Shown piece by piece: positions 8,848 through 18,888 of a DNA stretch of 64,000 nucleotides. The stretch is from an uncultured bacterium. GTDB lineage: Bacteria; Planctomycetota; GCA-002687715. Each line of letters starts with the position of its first letter. The stretch's first letter is position 1. The notes beneath the pieces were generated by a model. That model made no database searches and had not been told where the DNA came from. It was given only the letters and a program-made list of their open reading frames with translations. The translations under genes and the position numbers were made by a program. The stretch lies in the NCBI GenBank assembly GCA_902826835.1, contig CADEGH010000026.1, positions 4,868 to 68,867 on the forward strand. The letters are read 5' to 3'.

Positions 8848-11202
8848 TCACCAGTCCACCCGAACGACGCTGGAGAAGCGAAGCGGGCGGCCGGGAACCA
8901 CGGCGACGGCGGTGATATCCCAAGACAAGCCGATGAAGGGCTGGGTGACCGCGTTGGGGATCAAGAACGGCACGTGCGGAAACACCGTCGGGGTTCCAAC
9001 CGTCCAATGAATGGGATGGCCTGGTGAGGCGATCGGAGCCGATGCCAGAAGCGTAGCCGTGAGCGCATCAGGTGTGATTCCCGCCACCGGCCCGAGCCCC
9101 GGCGCCGTCGGAGTCGTGGCTGACACCGCCGTCACTCCGAACAAACTCGAACACGGCAGTCCGGTCACCTGCAAGAGAGCGTCGCCATTCGGCTGCACTT
9201 CGCAATTGGTCCGGAAGGGAGCTGCACCCGAGTAGCGCAAAATCGGAGGTGCCGTGTAGATGCCACGTCCTCCGAGCCCCAAGACCGAAGGCCCCTGCGA
9301 GGTGATCGTACCGTTCGAGTGCAGCGCGAGGAGCACGTCACTCGCTCCTGCGACTTGTTCGACTTGGCTCAGATTGGTGATGGGAACTGCCGATACCCCC
9401 ATCGAATCCGCAACCACTCGCCATACCGTGCCATCGCCTTTGACAGCGAGAGGTGTGTCACCCGTGCCCAACCGTACTACGCCTGACAGGCCCGTCACCG
9501 GCACGGGAGGACCTCCGTTCTGGGATTGCAAGTACATTACTGTTCCATCGGACCTCAGTGCCAAGAAGTCCACGAACCGTCCCGCCCAAAAATCCGTGAT
9601 TCCCGAGAGTCCGGGCACCGGAGTGGAGGTGTTGAAGTTGTTGAAACTCACGACCACGCCATCTTGGCGAACGACGTAAGTCTGAGACTGAGTGGCGACA
9701 ATGCGAGCGGCCGGCGATGCGTTGGGAATCTCCATGGGGTTGATGAGCCAGGGCATGTGGATGTGAGCAGTCCCGTTCGATGTAATCCAAGCGATCATCT
9801 CTCGTGCTACAGAAACCGCCGAAGCCGATGAAATGAAGGGCATGCGAATCGGGGATCCCTGAGACCCCAAACTGAAGGGATCCAGAATCCCAAACTGCCA
9901 TACGTCGCCGTTGGGATAGCGGGCTGCGCCCCAAGGAAGGGGCCCCCCATTCGGTTCCCGCGGCGACACAATACGGACTTCTAACGCGCCCGGGGGGAGG
10001 TTTTGTCCTTGAGGGTAAGCTCCGAAGTGCCAACCCCATGCACTGACATCGCCACCGTCGCTAATGACTGCGACATAGGGAGAATCGGCGGTCACTACGG
10101 TAGCGCTCGAGATGTCGGGAATGACCGTAGGGATAACCGTGTCGGTCTGGTTCCACTCGTACACGGCTCCCGTGTCGGTGAGGGCGATCACGTTCGACAG
10201 AGATGCTGCCAGAGAATGTACCTCGACATTCACTGGCAGTTCCGCGGGAAGAGAAAGAAATCCGTGCCCCCAAGTGCGGAGGACCTTGTCATGAGTCATC
10301 GCGATGGAAAAATTGCCACCGGCAGCGGCCTTGATAACACCCCCTATCGGTAGAGTCGTTGGCACGAAGACTCCAGGAGCGCAGTGTCCATCCATGAATA
10401 TCGAGTTGATCAGGGACTGACAGGACGAATTGTCGCCCCACATGCTCAGGGTCCCGTCGACATGGAGCGCTAGCGCATGGCCTTCACCGGCGAAAATTTC
10501 AAGGACTTCGACAACACCCGCTACTTCGGAGGGAAGCGTCACGGGGCCCAATAGCGATGTAGTGCAAAAAATCGTACACACATACGATCCGGCCTCCAGA
10601 ACTACGCCATCCGCGCGCAGGTACAGACTGAATACTGAGCCGGCCTGGACATCCACGATCGTGCCGACCACCGGGACGACCTGGAGTCCCGGCGTCGGAG
10701 AAACACTCCCTACGCCGAGCTGCCCGTCGAGGTTGTCGCCCCATGCGATCACAAGTCCCGCGGAAGTCAATGCCAGGTTGTGCCTCCAGCCGGCGGCAAT
10801 GCGCGTGACGCCGGCAAGGCCGGGAATCTGGAGGGGGACCGAAGAAGAGCTGATCCCGGCTATTCCCAACTGGCCGAAGCTGTTGTCTCCCCACGCCCAA
10901 ACGCCTCCGTTCGTATCGAGAGCCACTTGATGGCTGGCCCCGATCGCCACCTGCCTGATTTCCGGCAGTCCGGGTACCTGGACCGGCGGAGGGGGGGTGG
11001 GGCTTTGAGCCGCGCTGAATTCGTACACCGTCCCATCCCCGGGCAACATCAGAACGCGATTGCTCCTGGAGACCAGGGACGGTTCATGAGTCGTGCATTG
11101 ACCCGTCGCATTGATCGTCATTGCGAGCAAGAGCCCGCACGCGAGGAACGAGAATCGGTCGCGGCAAAGCAAACGCCCGGAATGAGAACAAGTAGAAATC
11201 AT
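8848..11202 (-). CDS. Secreted RCC1-repeat (regulator of chromosome condensation-like beta-propeller) protein.
   Basis: A signal peptide (MISTCSHSGRLLCRDRFSFLACGLLLAMTINATG) begins at the internal ATG at 11202. Repeated RCC1 signatures are present (GGVWAWGDNSFGQLG, WGDNLDGQLGVG, MWGDNSSCQ). Confidence 0.7.
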   Translation of the reverse strand: MISTCSHSGRLLCRDRFSFLACGLLLAMTINATGQCTTHEPSLVSRSNRVLMLPGDGTVYEFSAAQSPTPPPPVQVPGLPEIRQVAIGASHQVALDTNGGVWAWGDNSFGQLGIAGISSSSVPLQIPGLAGVTRIAAGWRHNLALTSAGLVIAWGDNLDGQLGVGSVSPTPGLQVVPVVGTIVDVQAGSVFSLYLRADGVVLEAGSYVCTIFCTTSLLGPVTLPSEVAGVVEVLEIFAGEGHALALHVDGTLSMWGDNSSCQSLINSIFMDGHCAPGVFVPTTLPIGGVIKAAAGGNFSIAMTHDKVLRTWGHGFLSLPAELPVNVEVHSLAASLSNVIALTDTGAVYEWNQTDTVIPTVIPDISSATVVTADSPYVAVISDGGDVSAWGWHFGAYPQGQNLPPGALEVRIVSPREPNGGPLPWGAARYPNGDVWQFGILDPFSLGSQGSPIRMPFISSASAVSVAREMIAWITSNGTAHIHMPWLINPMEIPNASPAARIVATQSQTYVVRQDGVVVSFNNFNTSTPVPGLSGITDFWAGRFVDFLALRSDGTVMYLQSQNGGPPVPVTGLSGVVRLGTGDTPLAVKGDGTVWRVVADSMGVSAVPITNLSQVEQVAGASDVLLALHSNGTITSQGPSVLGLGGRGIYTAPPILRYSGAAPFRTNCEVQPNGDALLQVTGLPCSSLFGVTAVSATTPTAPGLGPVAGITPDALTATLLASAPIASPGHPIHWTVGTPTVFPHVPFLIPNAVTQPFIGLSWDITAVAVVPGRPLRFSSVVRVDW

Positions 11203-11703
11203 GATCGACTCCTCCTCTGTTTTCGCCGACAAGCCCCAACACCTCCGTCCGCGGCATGGTCTTCCGACCCGAATCGCCTGGAGAGTCGTTGGAGCACGAT
11301 CGTGGCCGGAGCCTACACCGAAGAAGGGTCGAGATGCAACCACGAATCCCGACGAAATGGGAGCGGGTCCACTCGTGCATGACCATGCGAGGCGAACCCG
11401 TCGAGAAACTGTGGCTCAACTGACTGTGAGACGGAGGGCTCACTCCCCGTCCGAGGTCGAAATGATGGTGGACGCAGGTCTTGGGCGGCACGGGTAGTGA
11501 CCGACATCGGTACTTTCGCGCCGGAGCTGTGCCTCGACCCTTCATCGGTGGCGGGCGGATCTGGTGATCCGCGTTCCCATCGTCCCGCCGCCACAACCCG
11601 ACGTGAGTGCCACCATCGGCCCGCTACGCAGCCGTTATCCAAAGTCGATTATTCTCGCGGTGAGATCCACAGAATCGTCAGGAGTCGGTACCGTGGGCAC
11701 CGC

Positions 11704-14139
11704 ATGGAACACGAGCCGGTGGACGCATCGAGAGATCGTTGCGCGAGATCGCCTAGGCAGCGCGGCTGGCTGCTTCCGGGGTTGATCTTGGGGGCAGCAC
11801 TGATCTGCAACCCTACGACCATCGGAGCGGGGTACGCGGTCAACGAGTTCATCTACAACGAGCTCTACGTGGTCGTCATTCGGGTTGCGCAGGGGATCGG
11901 AGTGGTCGCGGGGGGACTTTTGTTCGTGCCGGCGGTTCGCCGGAGGTGGCCCCGAGGGCTTTGGTGGCCGAGTCTCGGGGTGGCCGTCATTTTGATCGGG
12001 ATCGGAGGCTACGGCTTCGCACGCTGGAAGGAGTGGATCCGCCCCCGGGTGAAGAGCTTGCAAGAAGGGTGTGCGTGGGTGGGACATGGTCGGGACCCGT
12101 TCCTCGGCACGGCCCTGCGCAACCACTTCGAGGGGCTGTTTCTCAAGTCGAGCCCCCAGGATGAGCAGTGGGCCAGGTGGGCGTTCGAGTACGGAACCTG
12201 CCTGCTCAACACCGGAGAAGTGGAGCAAGCGCTCGCGGTGCTCGAAAGTGCGCTCCAAATCGGCCGAGACCAAGGGCGCTCCGAGGCGGAACTCGTTCGG
12301 CTACGGCGGGCGCTCGGAACGGCGTGGCTCAGGCGAGGTGAACTCGACAACTGTGTGGCCGCCCACGGCCCGGAATCCTGTCTCTATCCGCTCAGTGGAG
12401 GTGGAGTCTGGAAGGTCGCGGATTGCGCGCGGAGTGCGGCCACCCTCTTCGCGGAGAATCTGCGCATCGATCCTGAAGACCTTGTTTCGCGGTGGCTTTT
12501 GAACCTCGCCCACATGGCCATGGGGAGTTGGCCGAGTGGGTTGCCAGCGGAGCTCCGCATCGAACCGACCCCGCCGAATGCGGGAACCGAGATCCCGATC
12601 TTCCGCAACGCGGCCCCCGCCATGGGACTCGCCACGGTGGACCTCATGGGGGGAGTGATCCTCGAAGACTTCGACAACGACGGGAATCTCGACATCGTCA
12701 CGAGCAGCTACCATCCCTGTGAGCCGATGCGTTTCTATCGCAACCTCGGGGACGGCCGATTCGAAGACCAATCGAAAGCCACGGGAATCGCAAACCAAAC
12801 CGGCGGCTTCAATCTGATCCAAGGCGACTACGACAATGACGGACGGACCGACCTCTACGTGATCCGCGGCGCGTGGATGCGCGCGTTCGGTCGCCAAAGG
12901 AACTCCCTGCTCAGGCAATGCGCGGACGGCACCTTCGAGGATGTCACCGAGGCCGCTGGTCTGGCCGACGATGCGTATCCGAACGCCGCCGCGGCATTCG
13001 CCGACGTGGACCAGGACGGGCATTTGGATCTCTTCGTCGGCAACGAACGCATTGCCCCCAACAAGACCGTTCCGACCCTCCTTTATCGCAATCAGGGGGA
13101 CGGCACTTTCCGGAATATCACCTCCGAATCCGGGATCGACGCCAACGGCGACGTGAAATCAGTCGCCTTCGGCGACTACGATTGCGATGGCGATCAGGAT
13201 CTGTACATCTCGATCATGGATGGGCCGAATCACCTCTATCGAAATCTCGGAGATGGCCGCTTCGAGGACAGAGCGACCGCACTCGGGGTCGCGCACCATC
13301 CACCGCTCGACCGCACCTTCGGAAGCTGGTTTTTCGACTACGACCAAGACGGATACCTGGATCTCTACGTGGCGGGCTACGGGGCGCTCGAGTTCGAGAG
13401 TCTGGTTGCCGATCGCTTGGGACAGCCGTCCGCCGTGGAGCGCCTGACCCTGTATCGCAACACGGGCGACGGGACCTTCGTCGATGTCACCCGCGAGGTC
13501 GGCCTCTACCAGGTGCACATGCCGATGGGCGCCAACTTCGGCGACCTCACCAACGACGGATATCCCGACATCTACCTGGGCACCGGCTTTCCTGGCCTCG
13601 ACTATCTCGTGCCCAATGTCCTTTTTCTCAATGAAGGAGGCTCCCGATTCGTGGACGTCACGGTTCCTTCCCGAACCGGGCATCTGCAAAAAGGGCACGC
13701 CGTCGCCTTCGGCGATCTCGACAACGACGGGGATATAGACATCTTCGCCCACATGGGGGGCTTTTACGTCGCGGATCGCTCGGCCAACGCCTGCTTCGAA
13801 AATCCCGGGAGCCCCCGGAACTCCGTTTCCCTCCGCCTCGTTGGAACCAAGTCGAATCGCAGCGCGCTCGGCACTCGGGTGTGTCTCACGGTTTCCGAAG
13901 GTGGACAGCCTCGGCGGATTTACGGGAGAGTCGGCCAAAGCGGAGGTTTCGGAGCTTCATCACTGCGCCTCGAACTCGGCGTCGGCCGAGCGGACCGCAT
14001 CAAGAAACTGGAGATCGACTGGTGTGGCTCCGGACACCACCAAGTGATCGAGAATCTCCCGATCAACGTGAACATCGCGGTCACCGAGTTCGAGGAGTCG
14101 GCGGTCGTCAACCCCCGCCGCCCGTTTCGTCTGCCGTAG
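11704..14139 (+). CDS. TPR-containing FG-GAP repeat protein with a C-terminal ASPIC/UnbV domain (CRTAC1-like).
   Basis: A TM/signal-like segment (LLPGLILGAALICNP) is followed by TPR-like helices. Seven FG-GAP/VCBS calcium-binding repeats are present (FDNDGNLDIV, GDYDNDGRTDLYV, ADVDQDGHLDLFVGN, GDYDCDGDQDLYIS, FDYDQDGYLDLYVAG, GDLTNDGYPDIYLG, GDLDNDGDIDIF). The C-terminal UnbV_ASPIC-like segment reads ALGTRVCLTVSEGG..RIYGRVGQSGGFGASS. The start is uncertain: the ORF is open from 11497, and I chose the ATG at 11704 because it precedes the hydrophobic segment. Confidence 0.65.
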   Translation: MEHEPVDASRDRCARSPRQRGWLLPGLILGAALICNPTTIGAGYAVNEFIYNELYVVVIRVAQGIGVVAGGLLFVPAVRRRWPRGLWWPSLGVAVILIGIGGYGFARWKEWIRPRVKSLQEGCAWVGHGRDPFLGTALRNHFEGLFLKSSPQDEQWARWAFEYGTCLLNTGEVEQALAVLESALQIGRDQGRSEAELVRLRRALGTAWLRRGELDNCVAAHGPESCLYPLSGGGVWKVADCARSAATLFAENLRIDPEDLVSRWLLNLAHMAMGSWPSGLPAELRIEPTPPNAGTEIPIFRNAAPAMGLATVDLMGGVILEDFDNDGNLDIVTSSYHPCEPMRFYRNLGDGRFEDQSKATGIANQTGGFNLIQGDYDNDGRTDLYVIRGAWMRAFGRQRNSLLRQCADGTFEDVTEAAGLADDAYPNAAAAFADVDQDGHLDLFVGNERIAPNKTVPTLLYRNQGDGTFRNITSESGIDANGDVKSVAFGDYDCDGDQDLYISIMDGPNHLYRNLGDGRFEDRATALGVAHHPPLDRTFGSWFFDYDQDGYLDLYVAGYGALEFESLVADRLGQPSAVERLTLYRNTGDGTFVDVTREVGLYQVHMPMGANFGDLTNDGYPDIYLGTGFPGLDYLVPNVLFLNEGGSRFVDVTVPSRTGHLQKGHAVAFGDLDNDGDIDIFAHMGGFYVADRSANACFENPGSPRNSVSLRLVGTKSNRSALGTRVCLTVSEGGQPRRIYGRVGQSGGFGASSLRLELGVGRADRIKKLEIDWCGSGHHQVIENLPINVNIAVTEFEESAVVNPRRPFRLP

Positions 14140-14186
14140 GTGGGCGCGGGCCAGCCAAAAAACTCGGTGGCTCCGCGCCTCGCGAT

Positions 14187-14699
14187 CTACCAAGTCGTGA
14201 ACACGGTGTATCGCTGGAGACCGTAGGCCAGGGCCAAGACGCGCTTCAGGTCCGGAGTGGCCGGGGCAATGCCGTCGGCAAAGAGGACGTGCCCATCCTG
14301 GGTTTCAGTGGCCGCCGCGATCCTCACCGCGTGGACTCGATGTCCGGTACGAAAAAGGAGGAGTGGAGTGGGATCCGCGGAGAGTCGCTCATCCTGAAAC
14401 TCCGCTATCCGCACTGAGTCCACGAGCCCGCGGACCAAAGTCTGGTCCGTGATCCAGGCGCGCGGCCGGGCGCGAAGACCGGAGCCGGCGGCGCCCGATT
14501 CGGAAGCGAGCGCAAACGCTTCCATCGACCCCTGAGCGGTCTTCCATTCCGCTTCCGAAGCCAAACTCGCGATATCCAAGATTTCGGGCATCGTGATCGA
14601 CTCCGTTCGCTGGCATCCTGGGATAGACAGGGAGAGAACTCCGCCGAGGAGGATCGCGGGCCGACATCCGAGAGACTGTCGCGTCTTGGTCGAGTTCAT
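14187..14699 (-). CDS. Small putative lipoprotein; hypothetical.
   Basis: The N-terminus MNSTKTRQSLGCRPAILLGGVLSLSIPGC resembles a signal peptide with a lipobox. The ATG overlaps the stop of the upstream lamin-tail-domain gene (ATGA at 14696-14699), which implies co-translation. Confidence 0.45.
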   Translation of the reverse strand: MNSTKTRQSLGCRPAILLGGVLSLSIPGCQRTESITMPEILDIASLASEAEWKTAQGSMEAFALASESGAAGSGLRARPRAWITDQTLVRGLVDSVRIAEFQDERLSADPTPLLLFRTGHRVHAVRIAAATETQDGHVLFADGIAPATPDLKRVLALAYGLQRYTVFTTW

Positions 14700-17497
14700 G
14701 GATCGATGCAGTTCTTGGCGGCGGGCGGAACCGTGGCGGGGGTGATGATGGTAGGCGGCGGATTGTTCTTCTGCGCCCGCCAGACGTTTCCATGGGTCTT
14801 CGGTTCGCGGACACAGTTGGGATTAGGGGCCGGCTTCTTGCGCCAATTCACGACTTGGTCCGACCCCGTGATGGTCACGCAGGCGTTGTCGGCAATGTCT
14901 TGGAGCGATTGACCGCCGTTCCCGGTCGTCGCGTTTTCGGTGAGGGCGGTCGAGCACGACAGCAACTTGATCGCGGGAGTGGCGCCGAGGTAGCACTGAA
15001 TGGCCTCGCCAAACGCCTCCGGAGAAATTTGACCTTCGTGGCGCCCTACCCGAGTCGGCCCTTCGAAGGGAGTGCCTTTCGGGCCGATTCGGAAGCCACC
15101 GGGACTCCCGTGCACGGCCAGGATCAGGCAATCGACTTTCTTGCATTGCCCGTAGAGGCCGCGAAGCTTGTTGATGATCGAATTGAGCCCGTTGGCCGGG
15201 AACGCTTCCCCGCCGGTCGAAGCGGCTTTCGCTTCGGCGTACTTCTTGAGGAAGTCGTCCCCCGGATCATCTTGATAAATGATGAGGGTGATACCCGTGA
15301 ATGGTCCGGCCTTGACCGGCTTGGGTATCAATTCTTCCTCCTTCCATTTCTCGGCCGTGGCTGCCGGTGCCTGCTTCTCCTTCTTCTTCTCTTCGTTGCT
15401 TGTAAAGCCGGTAAGCCCGTACGAGGCTTCGATGATGCCATGCAGGCTCGGAAGGGTCGGCAAACTCCCTTCAATGAAATGCACCGTCCCCGGTAGGCCG
15501 GAGGCGAGGTTCGTGGCTCCGAGGACATACACCTCACCACCGAGGGTTCGCACGAGGAGATTGAGGGCGTAGTCGTCGGGGATGGGGTCTTCGGGTCCAC
15601 CGCTCGTCACGATGGAATTGACGAAGGTCGAGACGGCACCCGGTGCGTTGATCCACACCAAGGGTTGCGCCGCCCCACTCGTGGGCGCATAAAACTGACA
15701 GGCGAATTCCGTGATGGAAGGAGCGATTGCGATCCAATCCGAGGCGGTCAAGGCGCAGGGAGCGGCCGCCGCGGAGACGGTTTCGATTTCGACTCCTTGG
15801 CTGAGGACAAATCCTTCGGGACTGGCACCGTCGAGAACGATCGCCTGCATCGAAACGTCGAAGGGGGCCGCGGGGAGGGGGAATTTCAACTCGAAGGGAA
15901 CAAGGGGAAGGAAGAAGGGCGCACTGATTCCATTGAAGAAGAACAAGGACGGTTGTCCGAGGTCGACGTTGATGATCTGCCCCATCGTCGAAATGAGACC
16001 CCCACCGGAGAGCGGGATGAGGGGCGAGAGGGTAAGCGCCGCTTCGTAGGGTGGCAGGGTCAAAGATGTGCCGAGCTTCAGGGTCACGAAACGGCCGGCG
16101 CAGGTCCGGTAGGCAGCGGGCTCGAAGCCGGTGCCTTGCACCGCCTGCATGGTGAGGTCTGCTTGGTCCTGCGGTCTTTGATAATCGACCAACGCGGGGG
16201 CGATACTCACCGCATCGAGGGTGAGTGGCCGCATGCTCTGATTGATGGCGAGATTTTCCCGGTAGCCAACGTAGACCGAGCCGACTCCGGTGAATCCCGT
16301 GCGTCCACTGAAGGTGGTTCCAGTGGCCGGGTTTCCGTAGACGCCACCAAACGTGCCTTCGACCAGGTTGCCGCGACACGAAATTCGTAAGCGCTGCCAG
16401 CCGTCGTTCATCCCCGGCAGAATCGCGATTTGGCCGAGTGTCAGATCGTCCTGACCACCATCCCCCTCGTCACGGAAGTAGAGGGTCCCTCCGGACATCG
16501 TCGCGATGTACTCCCAGGCTACGCCGGTGTTGCCATTGGCTGATACCTGGGTGCCTTGGTTGGGGAAGGGCGCCGGGTGGTTGTGGAACGAGCCCGTCGA
16601 ACCCCGCACCCCGATCGACCAGGACTCGAACTCGGTGGCCGTCGGAGCATTAGCGGCTGCGAAGTAGATCAACGCCTCGAAGATGACGTCCGCCTGCGCG
16701 GGGGATGCGAGCACGGCCGTGTCCCCACCGCCCGTAGGGTCCATGACGACCATGCAATTCCCGCCCTGCGGGGAGGGCGGAATCGCGGACGGGTTGTGGG
16801 CACCTCCCGGCCCCACCGCGCCAAAGACCGTGGGATCGACTACAAAGGCGGGAACAAACGAGGCCGACCACCCCGGCACCGGGGTTTCCGACGGCAGGGA
16901 ATCAAACCCATGGAAGTACGGCAAGCTGACGGCCACCGGGACGTTGGAGGCGCCGGGAGTCGCCGGCAAATGGCCAAAATCGCGCCCGTTGTTTCCACTA
17001 TCCAGCCCGTCCCGGAAGCGTGACCACGACTGCGCAGTGCCATCCGTCGAAGTATGATTGCCCCACAGACCGGCCCCTTCGATCAAGCCGACTGGGAAGT
17101 TGATCTCGCGGCGGTTGGTCTCGTAGGTGACCGTGTCCAAGACCGCCCCGCTCGACGCATCGCGGAGCACAATCACTTCCTCATCGTTCTCGAGCGAGTT
17201 GATCGGGATGATCTGTTGCACACCGGGAACCGCCGCATTTCCGAGCAAGTAAAATCCACCGGGCGGAATCGCGACGTTGGGACACGCGAGGGTGGTCATC
17301 ACGCTCACTCCCCCCGCATCGCGATTCTCGATCGTCAGAGAATTGGGGGCGATCGTCGTCTGCCCGGCGTTGAAGAGCTCGATGAACTCTCGGTCATCGG
17401 TGAGGGTATCGTCGTAGACGACCTCGTTGATGACGATCTGAGCCTGGGTGATGGCAGTCAGGCCGAGGGTCAAGGCTACCCACTGTGTCCAGCGCAT
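14696..17497 (-). CDS. Large secreted lamin-tail-domain (LTD) protein.
   Basis: A signal peptide (MRWTQWVALTLGLTAITQAQ) begins at the ATG at 17497. It is followed by an LTD signature (IVINEVVYDDT...REFIELFNAG). The C-terminal part has a Lys-rich linker and a region LILAVHGSPGGFRIGPKG. Confidence 0.7.
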   Translation of the reverse strand: MRWTQWVALTLGLTAITQAQIVINEVVYDDTLTDDREFIELFNAGQTTIAPNSLTIENRDAGGVSVMTTLACPNVAIPPGGFYLLGNAAVPGVQQIIPINSLENDEEVIVLRDASSGAVLDTVTYETNRREINFPVGLIEGAGLWGNHTSTDGTAQSWSRFRDGLDSGNNGRDFGHLPATPGASNVPVAVSLPYFHGFDSLPSETPVPGWSASFVPAFVVDPTVFGAVGPGGAHNPSAIPPSPQGGNCMVVMDPTGGGDTAVLASPAQADVIFEALIYFAAANAPTATEFESWSIGVRGSTGSFHNHPAPFPNQGTQVSANGNTGVAWEYIATMSGGTLYFRDEGDGGQDDLTLGQIAILPGMNDGWQRLRISCRGNLVEGTFGGVYGNPATGTTFSGRTGFTGVGSVYVGYRENLAINQSMRPLTLDAVSIAPALVDYQRPQDQADLTMQAVQGTGFEPAAYRTCAGRFVTLKLGTSLTLPPYEAALTLSPLIPLSGGGLISTMGQIINVDLGQPSLFFFNGISAPFFLPLVPFELKFPLPAAPFDVSMQAIVLDGASPEGFVLSQGVEIETVSAAAAPCALTASDWIAIAPSITEFACQFYAPTSGAAQPLVWINAPGAVSTFVNSIVTSGGPEDPIPDDYALNLLVRTLGGEVYVLGATNLASGLPGTVHFIEGSLPTLPSLHGIIEASYGLTGFTSNEEKKKEKQAPAATAEKWKEEELIPKPVKAGPFTGITLIIYQDDPGDDFLKKYAEAKAASTGGEAFPANGLNSIINKLRGLYGQCKKVDCLILAVHGSPGGFRIGPKGTPFEGPTRVGRHEGQISPEAFGEAIQCYLGATPAIKLLSCSTALTENATTGNGGQSLQDIADNACVTITGSDQVVNWRKKPAPNPNCVREPKTHGNVWRAQKNNPPPTIITPATVPPAAKNCIDP

Positions 17498-17679
17498 GGA
17501 GACACTCCTCGATCGGTCGAACCTCTCCGCAGGTAGGGCCAATGGTGGGGATGATGGACGCAGGACGGGAACCATCGTGCGTGCGGAGCAATGGACAGAT
17601 TAGGAGGGGGTCGGACTTGGAGTCAAGCCGGAAATTCCCCTCGGGCGCCCCCTCCTCCGAATCTCTGCCGGAATGAGCA

Positions 17680-18774
17680 TTATTGCACGAGGAGCGTAAC
17701 GGCGTTGGTGAGTTTGAGGGAGGGAGTGGTCGAACCTACGACGTAGGCTTGGAGCACGCCCGTCAGGTTCAGGAGGAGGGGGTCATTGGGGAGGCTGATG
17801 GGAAGCGTGAACTCTCCGTTCGGATCGAAGGCAAAGGTGAGGATCTCGCTGAAGAACGGTGAGGTGACGTCGATTCGAACCACGCCAGTGGGAGCTACGG
17901 GCAGGAAGCTCGCATTGGAGGAGTAGTAAAGTCCAAAGAATCCCGTGGGGTCTCCCCCGCGCAGCGTCAAATTCTCGGTTCCGCCGAGCGTGAGTGTCGG
18001 CAAACGTAGCCGGACGCGGCTCGGAATCGCCGCGAGCGAGCTCGTGCTACTGGGCAGGCTGCCCAGCGTCGAACCAGCCGTGCCAGTGACCGGATTGACT
18101 TCGTACACCGCGGTCGGGCTCGCCATGAACAGGCGGTTCGTGCCGTCGAGCGCAAAATCGAGACCACCCACCGCGGAGATCGCGACTCCGAGCGGGCCCA
18201 CGATCGAGGCCGCTCCGGTCGACTGGTCGATGAGGAGCAGGCTGTCGATGCCGGTCTCGATGGCGTAGAGGTTGTTGCTGATCGGATCGAGCGCCAATCC
18301 GGAGATGACGACCGAGGTCACGCCCGGCACCGTGATCGGGCCGATGAGGGTGAACACTCCGTCCAGTCCGATCGTCCACAGTTCGTCATCCCCAGTGGGC
18401 GGATCCGACGACCAATAGAGGAAGTTGTCGCCGGGTCCGAAGCTGAGTCCGCCCACCGCGGTGGACGTGAAGGGCAACGGGGCGACCAGCGTCGAGACGC
18501 CGTCCTCCATGCGATAGAAGCCGGTGGGCGAGCCCGAGCTGCTCGAGGTGGCCACGTAATAGCCGGTGTTCTCGTTGATCAGTTCGACACCACGGATGAA
18601 GTTCCCCACCGTCGTAGCCACCGGCGGAGTTTGCGGAGTCCCCGTCGGGTTCGTGATGTCCACCCAGTAGAGGGTGTCCAGGGTGGGGGCGATGTTGACG
18701 GCGACAAAGTCGACTTGGGCGGGCGCGATCGTGGCGAGCGCGCACCCGATCGCGAACACAGCGGGCTTGAACAT
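17680..18774 (-). CDS. Secreted hypothetical protein (beta-propeller/YVTN-like repeats).
   Basis: The N-terminus MFKPAVFAIGCALATIAPAQ is a signal peptide with an ATG start at 18774. It lies on the same strand immediately upstream of the LTD gene. Confidence 0.6.
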   Translation of the reverse strand: MFKPAVFAIGCALATIAPAQVDFVAVNIAPTLDTLYWVDITNPTGTPQTPPVATTVGNFIRGVELINENTGYYVATSSSSGSPTGFYRMEDGVSTLVAPLPFTSTAVGGLSFGPGDNFLYWSSDPPTGDDELWTIGLDGVFTLIGPITVPGVTSVVISGLALDPISNNLYAIETGIDSLLLIDQSTGAASIVGPLGVAISAVGGLDFALDGTNRLFMASPTAVYEVNPVTGTAGSTLGSLPSSTSSLAAIPSRVRLRLPTLTLGGTENLTLRGGDPTGFFGLYYSSNASFLPVAPTGVVRIDVTSPFFSEILTFAFDPNGEFTLPISLPNDPLLLNLTGVLQAYVVGSTTPSLKLTNAVTLLVQ

Positions 18775-18888
18775 GGCTGATTCTCCGGTTGGCAGGGTGG
18801 TCCGAGCTTAGCGGCGGGTTGGTGGAATTCGGAAAGGGAAAGCGGACGCGCCGGGCCGCGGCGACGGCCCGGGCAGGGCAGCTCGGGG

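Noticed and set aside
12301-13938. Minus-strand ORFs 12301..13023 and 13159..13938 inside the FG-GAP/ASPIC gene
   Set aside because: They are antisense shadows of a gene with strong repeat motifs on the plus strand, and no motifs of their own.
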